Shown here piece after piece: positions 20,721 through 32,108 of a stretch of 38,297 nt of DNA. The notes under the pieces were generated by a model, which made no database searches, had not been told where the DNA came from, and saw only the letters and a program-made list of their open reading frames with translations. Location of the stretch: the NCBI RefSeq assembly GCF_001194135.2, contig NC_068989.1, forward strand, positions 12,562,795 through 12,601,091. The letters are read 5' to 3'. The position numbers and the translations under genes are program-made. The stretch is from Octopus bimaculoides (taxonomy: Eukaryota). Position 1 is the stretch's first letter. Every line of letters starts with the position of its first letter.

Positions 20721-23227
20721 TCTTTCGGTGGTTCTTACTAATTTCCTGTGTCCTTTAGTGAAGCAATGCCAACAACTATACCGCTCAGTGCTTCATCCTA
20801 TGTTTGGTAATCGGTGAATGAGACAGATTTGATGAATCTGTTTTGATGTATGTCTTTTACTGTGATATACATCCTAGATCATATAATGTATATAAATTGA
20901 TGTTAGGACTTCTTTGACATCCCATTGCTTTTGTAGATATTGTGGAGTGGATATTCTTTTTATTGTTATTGCTTATCCTTGAACGTTTATTTATATTTTC
21001 TTAGACTGTGCATTATATTTATCGCCACATCTATTGCATTATGGCACGAAACAAACAAAGGAAAGATAAGATTTGAGCTATATTTGGTTGCTATTTCTGA
21101 TGGAGTAGAGGCGAACCAGTTGCATTCATATATGAATTTTGCCGGAGCCTGTTGAATAAGGAAAAAAAAGGGCCCGTTCAGAACTAAATACTGGATGTTC
21201 ATGCTACGAGAATGTTTCTGTGCGTCTATGTGCGTGTAAATGCATCATAAATCCCAAGTAATATTTATGGAGCGCAGTTTAGCTGCCTTTTTTATGCAGT
21301 AAATACAAAATTACGTAGTTTAACATCCTCAATTGGAAGCATATCGCAATTAACTTTTCCATTTGATCTTGTAAATATGAAATACCCTCATATAGCAATG
21401 GCTCTAGGGAATTGAAACTACGAGGACATTTTGAACGTATAACGTCGTAGCTGGAAAATAATTTAGTTAGTAATTTCCCTTCCATTATTTTCTTATCTTC
21501 TAACTCGTTCTCTATATAACTGTGGACTGACAACTGTTATGCCTGATTCTTACTTGATAAAGATCTTTTGATGTATGTTTTCGTGTCAGTAGGTATCTTA
21601 TTTAGTTAGTTAGTTTATGTATTGTAGAAAATTACGTTGGTAAAGAAAATATGTTTTTCTTTCTCGAAACTGAAGTATTTGGATTAGTTTACACCGTATA
21701 TACAGAAAACTGATTCTTATATAGCTTTATGTCTTCATTTATCTAAAGGGTATACGTGAAAGAATGTAGATTATAGATTAACGATTTTTCTCAATGTTTA
21801 GCAACTGTGTAGAAACAGATAACGTCTCAAATAGCTTGTATATGTTTCACGTCTTAATGCCGCCAAAATGTATATTAAATACCGCATTATCTCCATGAAA
21901 CTAAAATACATTCACTGCAGATAGTACTGTATCTGTTGATGATCGTTTGGGTGGAATGTAACACCTTTAAGAGTAATAGTCTAAAATAGTTTCAAAATAC
22001 CAATTTCAAAAATGACAGAAAAACTGCATTTCCTCTATTAATACAATGTAGCAAATATGTGCTTCAGTTTGGCCAATCATACAATAGGTATACCATTGTT
22101 ACATACGTATAATTGTAAACATAATCATTTCTAAAGGATTCTTATTCGACCTATATAATATCAGAATTATTTTGTCTTTCTATATATTCATGGCAATAGT
22201 GTAAGTATGTTATAAGAGAATACATTCCACAAACAAACTGACTCAACCTAAATACTTGTTGCCATGCAAGATTTGAGTATGCGTCAAGATGTGTATATGT
22301 ATATGTCTGTATACAAAATGTTTACGTTTGTGTGCATGGTAAGTACGTGTGTCTGTCTGCGTGTGATAGTGTGTGCTTATGAGCGAGTGCGAAAACGGCG
22401 CGCATTTATGTGTCTTATAACATTATAAAATACATAAATGTAATTACGAGATCTCAAACTATTCGTTGCTTTAACTATATAAGATTTAAATAACCATAAC
22501 AAGTGAAATAATTCACTGGTCTTTCTTTATCAAATATCTCTTTTTATTGAGGTTTTCTGAAAGCTAGCAGGATTTCAAGCTAACATGATCAACGTGACGC
22601 TGGGATTTATTCAATTGCCAGCACACAGAGAAAATGTGATACAGACTTTAATTAAATTTTGTCGACCACATGATAGATACTTAAATATCGTTTCCCATAG
22701 AATTAAATTCCAACTGGGTGTGATTTAAGAGGATAAAGTTACAGTGTTCACTTCACATCATTATTTTTCGAAGTTATATTTTATGTAAGTATGAAGGAAA
22801 TTTGATTAATTAATTTAGGATATTCTTCTCCTATTCGTCTCTCAAACAACTGTTGGCGAACGTTTCGCTACATAAGACTCATATAAACGCATTCATTGCT
22901 ATAACATAGAGAAAGATTCACGCTTCTAAATCAACTGCCATTGATTTCCTCACGTTTGCTTTATAATCATTAACAAATAACTGACGAAAGAATATAAAAA
23001 ATATGAATAAATAAACAGCCTAAGAGAAGTAAAAAAAAAAAAGATTTATAACAAACCATAATATTGTCTTTTTTTTTTTTACTTCGTCTTGCAGTTAATA
23101 GTCTTCTACTCTTACTGCGACTTACACAATAACAACTATTGCCCCTAATACCGTCGCTCTGAGTTTTAGCATGAATGTCACGAACGCAACTTTCTTTACA
23201 GCTACCACTAACAAAGCAAGCGATGAC

Positions 23228-23630
23228 GCTGCTGCTGCTGATGCTGCTTCTCTTCCTCCTCCTCCTACTCCCTCCTCCTCCTACTCCCTCCTCCCTCCTC
23301 ACTCCTCCCTTTNNNNNNNNNNNNNNNNNNNNNNNNNNNNNNNNNNNNNNNNNNNNNNNNNNNNNNNNNNNNNNNNNNNNNNNNNNNNNNNNNNNNNNNN
23401 NNNNNNNNNNNNNNNNNNNNNNNNNNNNNNNNNNNNNNNNNNNNNNNNNNNNNNNNNNNNNNNNNNNNNNNNNNNNNNNNNNNNNNNNNNNNNNNNNNNN
23501 NNNNNNNNNNNNNNNNNNNNNNNNNNNNNNNNNNNNNNNNNNNNNNNNNNNNNNNNNNNNNNNNNNNNNNNNNNNNNNNNCCTCCCCCCCCCATTATCTT
23601 TATCCTCCTCCTCTTACTACTACTACAACA

Positions 23631-23672
<42 letters not shown>

Positions 23673-23752
23673 GCTACTGCTGCTGCCGCTGCTTCTTCTA
23701 CTGCTGCTGCTACTACTACTACTACTACTACTACTACTAATAATAATAATAA

Positions 23753-23819
<67 letters not shown>

Positions 23820-23823
23820 GCTG

Positions 23824-23876
<53 letters not shown>

Positions 23877-23886
23877 ACTACTACTA
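23228..23886. repeat. Large compound trinucleotide array (GCT/CCT, gap, CTA/CTG/TAA)
   Basis: Direct reading, with a 268-N gap at 23313-23580. Confidence 0.95.
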
Positions 23887-25024
23887 TAACGAAACCGGCA
23901 GTATTAGTGTGATTCTGGTTATGAAAAGTGCATCCTGCGATGCTTATTATAAATCTAAGAGTGGGCAGGAGTTAATTTTATTTCCATAGATTAAGTAGAT
24001 AAAACACACAAATACATTATGAATATGATTAAGTTATAAAATGTTAAAACTGAAATAGAAGATGAAGTCGAGAAAACCATTGGCTTAGTCTGGTACGGCC
24101 ACTTTCCTTCAAAACGATGCTTTTAGCAACCTCTGTTTTGAGACAGAAAACCGATACACACCACAATTATTTTCGGTTTTTATTGGTTGTACTAAGAGTC
24201 TTTATTTGTTTTTTTATTAATAAGAGTTTTTTTTTTTGTTTTTTTTTTTTGTTTTTTAGATTTTATAACTAATCATCAGTTTACGTCTGCATGGAATCTG
24301 GATCACCTAAATGAGAGCGTGAGCACTTCATTATTAAAACCTGCCATTTAGAAACACGTTGTACTTATTCACCATTAAGCATTTAACAAAGATATTGAAA
24401 GATTCGTTTTTCTGCTGGGTTAGCATACAATTATTTAGGTCAGTTAGAGTTGTGGGGTTTAGCCCTTAGCATTGTTTACCACATGATTTTTCTTTGAGAC
24501 CAACTGAATCATGCTGCTCTTTCTTTCGTGACATTTTGCCACACGTCTCCAGCCTCATTTTCATCTCAACAGTCGCAAGGCAATGACGTAGATTGAACGC
24601 TTTGGCTTACTAGACTCATATTCGAGAACAGTAAACGAGGCGAATGTTTCGGCTATTCCTGAATCGACGATCTTCAGGCCACCAGTAACCACAGCAAGAC
24701 TGTTTTGTGGTTGTATGATTGCTGTTCAGATTTTGTTCTTATCACTGCTCTCTCCCCCTTCCTCTATCGTTTCCGACCCAGAGAACAGAAACTTTAAGTG
24801 AATCTCCACGTTACTGCTTGACTTGCTTCATTGCATATCAGATAACACTTTTTAATTTCTGTGATATCCGGTAGAATACAGTTCAGAGTAATACAGCATT
24901 TTTTATTTAAAGTCTTCTTTATAAAATATATAATAGTTAATTATTCAGAAGCATTGTAAAGCATAAATGTTGAAATTAATATATCCATCATAATTGTAGC
25001 TTGATTCTGCGTTACGTTATATGT

Positions 25025-25349
25025 TTACGGAGATGTACTTGCATAGCAAGTGACCTAATTTGAGATCGTGTGCTGGAACGAAAACAATTGCAGCGTGGAA
25101 GGTGTTTATAAGCCATTTAAGAAACACACAAACACCGTTAGATTCACTTCAACATTTAAATTTAATTTGCCAAAATATTTTCGTTACTGACAAAATTCCG
25201 TGATGCAGCTCGGAATTTTGTCAGTGTACAATTGCGGTCTTAAAGCGACGAAAATATTTCGGCAAATGAAATTTAAATGTTGAAGCGAATCTAACGGTTT
25301 TTGTGTGTTTCTTACATGGCTTATAAACAACTTCCATGCTGCAATTGTT
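25025..25349. mobile_element. Fold-back element: 102-bp inverted arms around a perfect 15-bp inner hairpin
   Basis: 25083-25184 vs the reverse complement of 25248-25349 is 95/102 gapless. Inner stem actgacaaaattccg (25186-25200) pairs with 25211-25225. Confidence 0.8.
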
Positions 25350-25599
25350 ATATGTTTAAGTCTGTGAATGTTTCATACCATAGATTGATGAAGGATATTG
25401 AGTACAATTCTCAGAATAGTGGTTTCACAGTAAGTAGAATGCTTCTTTCATAAATGCTTCCACTCTCACCACACTTCAGATGTAGAGAGAGTGTGTTTAC
25501 ATTCCTTAAGTACATAATCACGACTCACGTTCTGTAATATTGAAATTTATATCAGTACATTGAATCCGAGGTGTGTAGTGCATTATATATATATATATA

Positions 25600-25734
25600 T
25601 ATAATCATAAATATATAGGGATTGACAGTAACCTGCTTCTCCAACATGCTGAGAATTCAGAAATAGCAGTCAAAGAACTACTCAGTATGTTGGAGAAGCA
25701 GATTACTGTCAATCCCTATATATTTATGATTATA
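25600..25734. mobile_element. 135-bp hairpin / MITE-like element at the edge of a (TA)n run
   Basis: 54-bp arms (25600-25653 / 25681-25734) with 2 differences, a 27-nt loop, and TATA at both ends. Confidence 0.78.
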
Positions 25735-26445
25735 AATGTTTTTTACCGAAAAGGTTTTTTCATACTGAGCTACCCGGCAAAATTGTTAATTATTAATTTT
25801 ATTACTAATTGACGATTCCCTGCCCTGCNNNNNNNNNNNNNNNNNNNNNNNNNNNNNNNNNNNNNNNNNNNNNNNNNNNNNNNNTATAGTCTATTGAGAG
25901 AATGCATGAGTATAATTTCAATCTATTAATTAGTGTATTAAGCCGAAATGACTTTGCCTCAATAAATGATAAACTTCATACGAAATTTAATTAGCATGTT
26001 ATGAAAAGTAATAAATGTTGCGCAAAATAAGAAATCTAATTAAGAAGCATGTTATAGATTTTTGATATGTTGAGCATAAATATATATTTCTGAATTCATC
26101 TGATGTCAGCTTGTATTAAATTAGACCTACGTGGCTGTCTGCTAATGCGTATTAAATGAAATATCCTCTTGTAATTCAAAGGTTACTGAGACGTGTTCAA
26201 GTACATTTGTTATTACTAGTAATACAATTTTAATTTCATTTGGAATCATTTCTATCAGAGCCATAGTTGACAGAAAGACATGAATATGAAGAAAACTGAT
26301 TTAAAATATTTCGAATTTTGTCAGGGATTTCTCAATTAACGTGAGAAGTTTCGAAAATTAAGCGATTTGACCGTATATGTAAAGCAGAACAGGATATTCT
26401 CCACTTATTTCCTTGTTATATATACAAGTACATTTATGTGTGTAC

Positions 26446-26593
26446 CTTCATTCCCAGCAGACCACGAGTCTCCGACCTGCGGCAGAACCTTTGGAGCCCG
26501 AATCGGCCTCAACAACCACAACCGGACGTCGTATGCCCCATCTTTCTCTCTCATGTGATGTCTCTGCACATCGTCGAAAACGACGAACGAACA
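26446..26593 (+). mobile_element. 5'-truncated RTE-clade (BovB-like) LINE 3' end
   Basis: Translates as SPTCGRTFGARIGLNNHNRT, cf. the RTE ORF2 C-terminal CPTCGRxFRARIGLxSHxRTH. Followed by a short 3' UTR with stem-loop tcgtcg-aaaa-cgacga and an acgaaca tail. Confidence 0.8.
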
Positions 26594-27929
26594 TTGTGGT
26601 GTGCGTATTATATATTTAAGTCCGCGTATGATCTCCACTACCGAATAGAAGAGATCCAGGTTCGATTCCACGGTGTAGCTACTTACTTGCACGGCTAACT
26701 AAGCCTTGTGAGTTCGTGAGTAGAGGGAGTGTAGCCGACTGACAATGTACGCAGGCGATGTTTCGTTAGGTTGCTTGGAGCATCGAATTCGGTAAGATTT
26801 TCCTTCCACCTTCTACGTTCTACGAGTAATTTAAGTAACTGGCTGCTTTTAGAGACAGTGTAAGGTAAATATTTGTAAGTACATTAATTGCCTACTGCTT
26901 ATCACATGTTGTATATTAGTAATAAAAGAATCCAATGTATCACACATTTTGTTTATGAGAATTACGTTAAGTGTAGACTCAACCATTCACAAACTAATTC
27001 AAAGAGTACTTAGTTCAGTTGAACGCATAGATCAATGAGAAAGAACGCACCTCATTGAAGCTTTATAAACATCCAGATACTTAACCCACCTTGTAGAATC
27101 AATGAGACGGAATGAAAATTTTACAAAATTCAAAGTGATAATTAACCTAATGAGAGAACCGCTATATTTTCGATCTGTCACACCACCTCAACTCAGGCTT
27201 CTGTCTAAAGTGCGGGTCAATACATTAGATAAAGTGTAAACTTAAAAATGTAATAAAACTGGGTGTTCATGGCAGGATTACGTTTGATCATGCGTTTGCA
27301 CGATCAAAGCATATATGTGGCTATGCAACAGTAGTAACAGCATTATGCTGCTGCTATTGTATCTGGGAACTTGGCCGAACATGTTTGTACCTTATTTAGT
27401 TAGATTCGCAAGATTTTTGAGGATAAACAATGTTATACAATAGAAACCGGTTGCAAAGTACAAACGGCCATTTTGTCAATTGGATTTTCATACAAAGAAA
27501 CAAAATACGTTATGTACCATATGAATCAAATGTACTGCTACTCATAGAAATGAAGTCAAAGCATTGCAATTTTAACTTACTACATTGCTATTTACTAATA
27601 GAATATCCTTGGATAATCCAAATGAAGGTTTTCTATGTTTCCCATGGAATTTCTATAAAGAAGAGGTTTTTTTCAAAATATATGAGCATTTTCGAGGAAC
27701 GGAAATGATGTAGGTAATGTTTAGAGTCAGTTTTCTAAGTCAATCCTAATCAATAATAATAACACTAAGTACAAAAAATATCAGACGAAAGTTAAATGGA
27801 AAACGGAAATTTGGACTTAAATTCTGAAGCAGTTAAATTCAACTCAATATAATGTATCACAATGTCACGCGAGTCGATTGCAATAAGAGTACTTATGTGA
27901 ATAACACACAAATAATTAACAGAATGTGA

Positions 27930-29015
27930 TTAGAGACAGAAAATCACAACACTGTCGCAGAGCCGCAGGATATTTTATTACAGTAAGGGATCAAAGTAAG
28001 GGATCAAAGTTTTCCCACCGACAATGAATAAAAGCATGTAATGAAACTAAATATATCAAGTGTTAACATATATTAATGTTAGGAAGAAACTATGAACTGC
28101 TTTGTTTCTGACTGCCTAAAGTTAACAAGGGCAGAACGACTATGCTTGTATTAAACGATTGGGGCTTTCATACGCTGAAATTTAGAAGTTTATTTTGAAA
28201 TGCTAAAAGCAAAAAACAAATGGCATAAACATATATAAAAAAATTCTGTCTCAGAGAATGGCTATGCAACCATCGGTTTGGATATGTCAATCGGCAGTGA
28301 TAAGCAGATCAAAACCAATCGGCTGGATATTGTTATCAATACCTACCAAGAAAGGATATACTAACTAACAGAAATATAATTCTCAGCGAATTCAAGTCGG
28401 CGAGCTGGCAGAAACGTTAGCACGCCGGGCGAAATGCTTAGCGGTGTTTCGTCTCCCGTTACGTTCTGAGATCAAATTCCGCGGAGGTTGACTTTGCCTT
28501 TCAACCTTTCGGGGTCAATAAATTAAGTACCAGTTACGCACTGGGGTCGATGTAATCGACTTAATCCCTTTGTCTGTCCTGGTTTGTCCCCTCTATATTT
28601 AGCCCGTTGTGGGCAATAAAGAAATATGAAATATAATTCTCAGCAGACGATAAAGGCAATCTCAAAGCGACAGAGAAGTTATTGAACTAAAAAAGGAAAA
28701 TGTTTTGAAAGAGCAGAAACCACAATATGGGGATTCAAAATAAACACAATTCCTATTAGTCCTTTGGAAATAAACAGAAAATATGCAAATACATAACCCA
28801 GAATTTAAAACTTGCAAATATCATTGACACATACAAAGTAGTACAGATATGCACTACACACGCGTTACAGAAAGTAATGTCAATACGTTAGAAAATGCAA
28901 AGAAAAGAAGCGCAGTAAACAGCTAAGGATTAACAGAGCTGTTCTTGATAGTGCAGTGATTGCACGCTATATAAATGTGACTACTGAAAATAAAAAAAAA
29001 ATCTAATACTAATAA
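27930..29015 (+). mobile_element. Decayed R4/Dong-like (RLE endonuclease) non-LTR retrotransposon 3' end
   Basis: Collinear motifs: GYFITVRDQSFPT (cf. GFLIAAQDQSLPT), eroded zinc knuckle EETMNCFVSDC, KNKWHKH, ENGYATIGLDMSIGSDKQIKTNRLDIV (cf. ILWDMPIHTDREIKANRPDIV), SADD..LKATEKL, IWGFKINTIPI, and CTTHALQKVMSIR* (stop 28889-28891), then a 3' UTR and decayed (AAT)n tail. May extend upstream toward 27430. Confidence 0.85.
28394..28627 (+). mobile_element. Young family-A SINE (alternative tail) inserted in the R4-like relic, 17-bp TSD
   Basis: Head ggcgagctggcagaaacgttagc and B-box-like GAGATCAAATTCC. gaaatataattctcagc occurs at 28371-28387 and 28628-28644, with 6 extra nt (gaattc) before the head. 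Confidence 0.93.
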
Positions 29016-29899
29016 CAGTGGCTTATACAAGTTTCAAAATTATTCATTAATGCACTTAAAATTTATTTCAGTCAAAATTACTAAAATTTCGAGTTTCGTT
29101 GTGCTTTTGTTGTTTCTAATGTTTTAACTATCATGTAACACATTTGTTTGTTTTATTTTAATATTTTTACAAACTCCAAAACGGGCTTGTTTCATAGCGA
29201 TTAGATTCATGCTTTCATCTTCATCACGTCATGTGCAATATTAAAAGACAAATGACAATAACACGCCATTAATAAAAAAAAAAGTATCATGGTTTAATAT
29301 GAAGGAAAATTTTAAGAAACAAAAATATAAATATGAAATTCATTCTGTCAGCTGAAATTTTCATTTATTGAACCTATAAAAGATCGCATAACTTCTAAGA
29401 CGCCAGACATTGGTGGCAAGCAAGTAAACCTTTTGTTTTCTTTGTTATTTTTTAAAACATATATTAGTATTGGTTTTTGAAGATATTTCGTAAAATATCG
29501 ATTTTATAAGCAACTTTCGTGCACTTTTACCGAACGACTTGTCTTTTGTCAATAGGTGATTAAATGAATATGATTGAGGTTACGTTAAAAATCATATTTG
29601 AAGTTTCAAATACTCATCATTCAGCTCATTAGAGGGGATTCAACTGGTTAAGTTTACTCAATAATTTGAAAGAGCTGATGGGTAATAATTAATCCTCGGG
29701 TAACTAATATAAAATTCGTCTCTCTTTCAAAATAAGATTATCGTTTTTTGAAAACTTTACTTGGCATATTATTCACAATATAATCATTAATATCCAATTA
29801 GTTCTCCAGGTTTAAGTTTTTCTTTTGATATTTTAATGATGTTATAATTAATCCGTTCTGTCGTAAATGTATATTCTTTTCAATGAATTCTAAAGGATC

Positions 29900-29961
29900 T
29901 GTACGTATAAATATACATATACATATACATACAAATTTGTATATATGAATATATATCCGTT

Positions 29962-29999
<38 letters not shown>

Positions 30000-30151
30000 T
30001 GTTTATACATTCATACATACATGTATATATACACACACGTTTATATATGTTTATGCATACACACACACACACACANNNNNNNNNNNNNNNNNNNNNNNNN
30101 NNNNNNNNNNNNNNNNNNNNNNNNNNNNNNNNNNNNNNNNNNNNNNNNNNN

Positions 30152-30180
<29 letters not shown>
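29900..30180. repeat. Compound (TA)/(CA) microsatellite with a gap
   Basis: Direct reading. Confidence 0.95.
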
Positions 30181-30182
<2 letters not shown>

Positions 30183-30449
30183 ATGTGTGGTCGCCAGGAA
30201 ATCACGTGGAGTTAGTTCGATGCAGACTTAAGCAACGGAAACTGTGCAGAAGAAGGGAGCTAATGCTTAATGATCCCCCCACACACAGACACACACAACC
30301 AAAAAGGTCCCTGGATCTATACCACTGTAAGGCAATTTCAACAGTTAGTTTTAGAGCCTGCTGTTAACGCGTACCACGTGATTGAAACTGACAAGTCACA
30401 AACTTATACAAGTCACAAACTTAAACGAATGACACGATCTCGCCAAATA

Positions 30450-30575
30450 CATGTACCACAGTGATTCAGGTCAAGAGTTAAGTGTACACATACCTGTGGA
30501 ATACTCACCTACATACCTGTTGATTAAATAAGCAGAAATGCAGTTGATAAGACCTGAATGATTTCCATCGAAATA
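30450..30575 (+). mobile_element. Old family-C-like 3' module
   Basis: 'gtacacatacctgtggaatactcacctac...gcagttgataagacctgaa' parallels the reverse complement of 1765-1845 ('gtacacgtgtctgtggagtgctcagccac...gttgatcggatcaactggaa'). Confidence 0.35.
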
Positions 30576-31107
30576 CACGGAAAGTTACATTTACTTGTAC
30601 ATATTCATATATGCAAAAAATAATTAAAACTGCTTTGAAATGTGTTGTAATGTTCAAAATATAGACCATGTGGGGAACTTCTTTATCACTGGACCTGAGC
30701 GATCAGTGTTAAACAAGAGCTAAACCCAAGCAACAGCAATAACAAAAACCTCAATAAATTTCCACTAAATATCTGATCAATTGTTTTCTTCTTTTGTGTT
30801 TTATTTCTTCACACAGAAACTTGCACTTTTGGTGATGGTGGGGAGTTAACTACTGTTTCTAGCACAACACGCAACTCATAATTTTCATCATTGACTAGTA
30901 TTTATCAATCGTAGTTGAACTCGGTACATGCTTTTAATTAGTTCTCTGCATATAATACATAAACCGTAGTGATTAATACTATTTTTATAGACTATCGTAG
31001 AAGATATGTCAAATAACATGCGTCTACTTGAAGAAAATTCAGATTTTTATGGTATTAAATATTTCAATGTAATAAAATGTGTACCTAAACATGAGAAAGA
31101 TAATCAT

Positions 31108-31505
31108 AGACGCAGGAGTGGTTGTGTGGTAAGAAGCTTGCTTCTCAACAACATGATTCCGGGTTCAGTCCCACTGCGTGACACCTTAGGCAAGTGTTTT
31201 CTACTATAGCCTCGGGCCGACTAATGCCTTGTGAATGGATTTGTTAGACGGAAACTGAAAGAAGGCCGTCGTATATATATGTATATATATATATATATGT
31301 ATGTGTTTGTATATGATTGTGTATTTGTGTGTCTGTGTTTGTTCCCCCGACATCGCTTGACAACTGATCTTGGTGTGTTTACGTCACCGTTATCTAGCGG
31401 TTCGTAAAAGAAACCGACAGAATAAGCACTCGCCTTACAAAGAATAAGTCCTGGGGTCGATTTGCACGACTTAAGGCAGTGCTCCAGCATGGCCACACTC
31501 AAATG
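31108..31505 (+). mobile_element. Near full-length family-B SINE
   Basis: Collinear with the reverse complement of 3724-4162 from the head to 'ggccacactcaaatg'. The tail is missing. Confidence 0.92.
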
Positions 31506-31683
31506 CAATTTGTATGGACTTCTGATATTGTTAATCCAACGCCCTGTCATTGATTTCATGATTGATACGGATGTTGCAATTAATAAGAATAAAAAAAAAT
31601 GCTATTTATTATCTGACTGTTAGTCACGGTACATTGACGCAATCAATACATTATAAGGGTAAAGTAGCTACCATGCATATCCT

Positions 31684-32108
31684 TCTTTTATCTCTTACTT
31701 TTTTCAGTAATTAAACTACGGCCAAGCTACAGCGCTAACTTGAATCGTTTTTGGTTGGACGAACCGACGTCATTACATCTTTAAAGTCTGGTGCTTATTC
31801 TATTGGGCTCTTTTGGTCGAACTGCTAAGTAACTGGTTGTCAAGCAGTGGTGAGGGAGAAGAACTACCCCTCCGCACACACACACACACACAGACACACA
31901 CGTACACACACACACACATATATGCATGTATGTATGTATGTACACGGTCGTCTTCTTTCGGCTTCCGACTACCAAATCCCTAAGATAATCATTTTGGTCA
32001 GCCCAAAGCTATGCCAAAGACATTTACGCACAGTACCAAGCAGTGGAACTAAACCAGGAACCATGCGGTTGGGAAGCGAAATTCTTACTACATAATCACC
32101 CGGTGCCT
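31684..32108 (-). mobile_element. Older full-length family-B SINE
   Basis: Tail, body 'gtgcttattctattgggctcttttgg', central (CA)n and head 'cagtggaactaaaccaggaaccatgcggttgggaagc' are all collinear with 3724-4162. Confidence 0.78.

Noticed and set aside
21279-21533. 84-aa minus-strand ORF with protein-like composition as an exon
   Set aside because: No recognisable family, weak polypyrimidine tract, and no neighbouring exons.
23171-23912. 189-aa and 245-aa ORFs as CDS
   Set aside because: Made of trinucleotide repeats and 268 Ns, with no domain or splice support. Kept only as a low-interest finding.
24400-24900. Possible decayed LINE ORF on the minus strand
   Set aside because: Only vague peptide resemblance in shifting frames and no diagnostic motif.
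26640-26830. B-box GGTTCGATTCC region as a distinct Pol III gene
   Set aside because: No clear A box or cloverleaf. The flanks resemble eroded family-B and family-A pieces, too degenerate to call.
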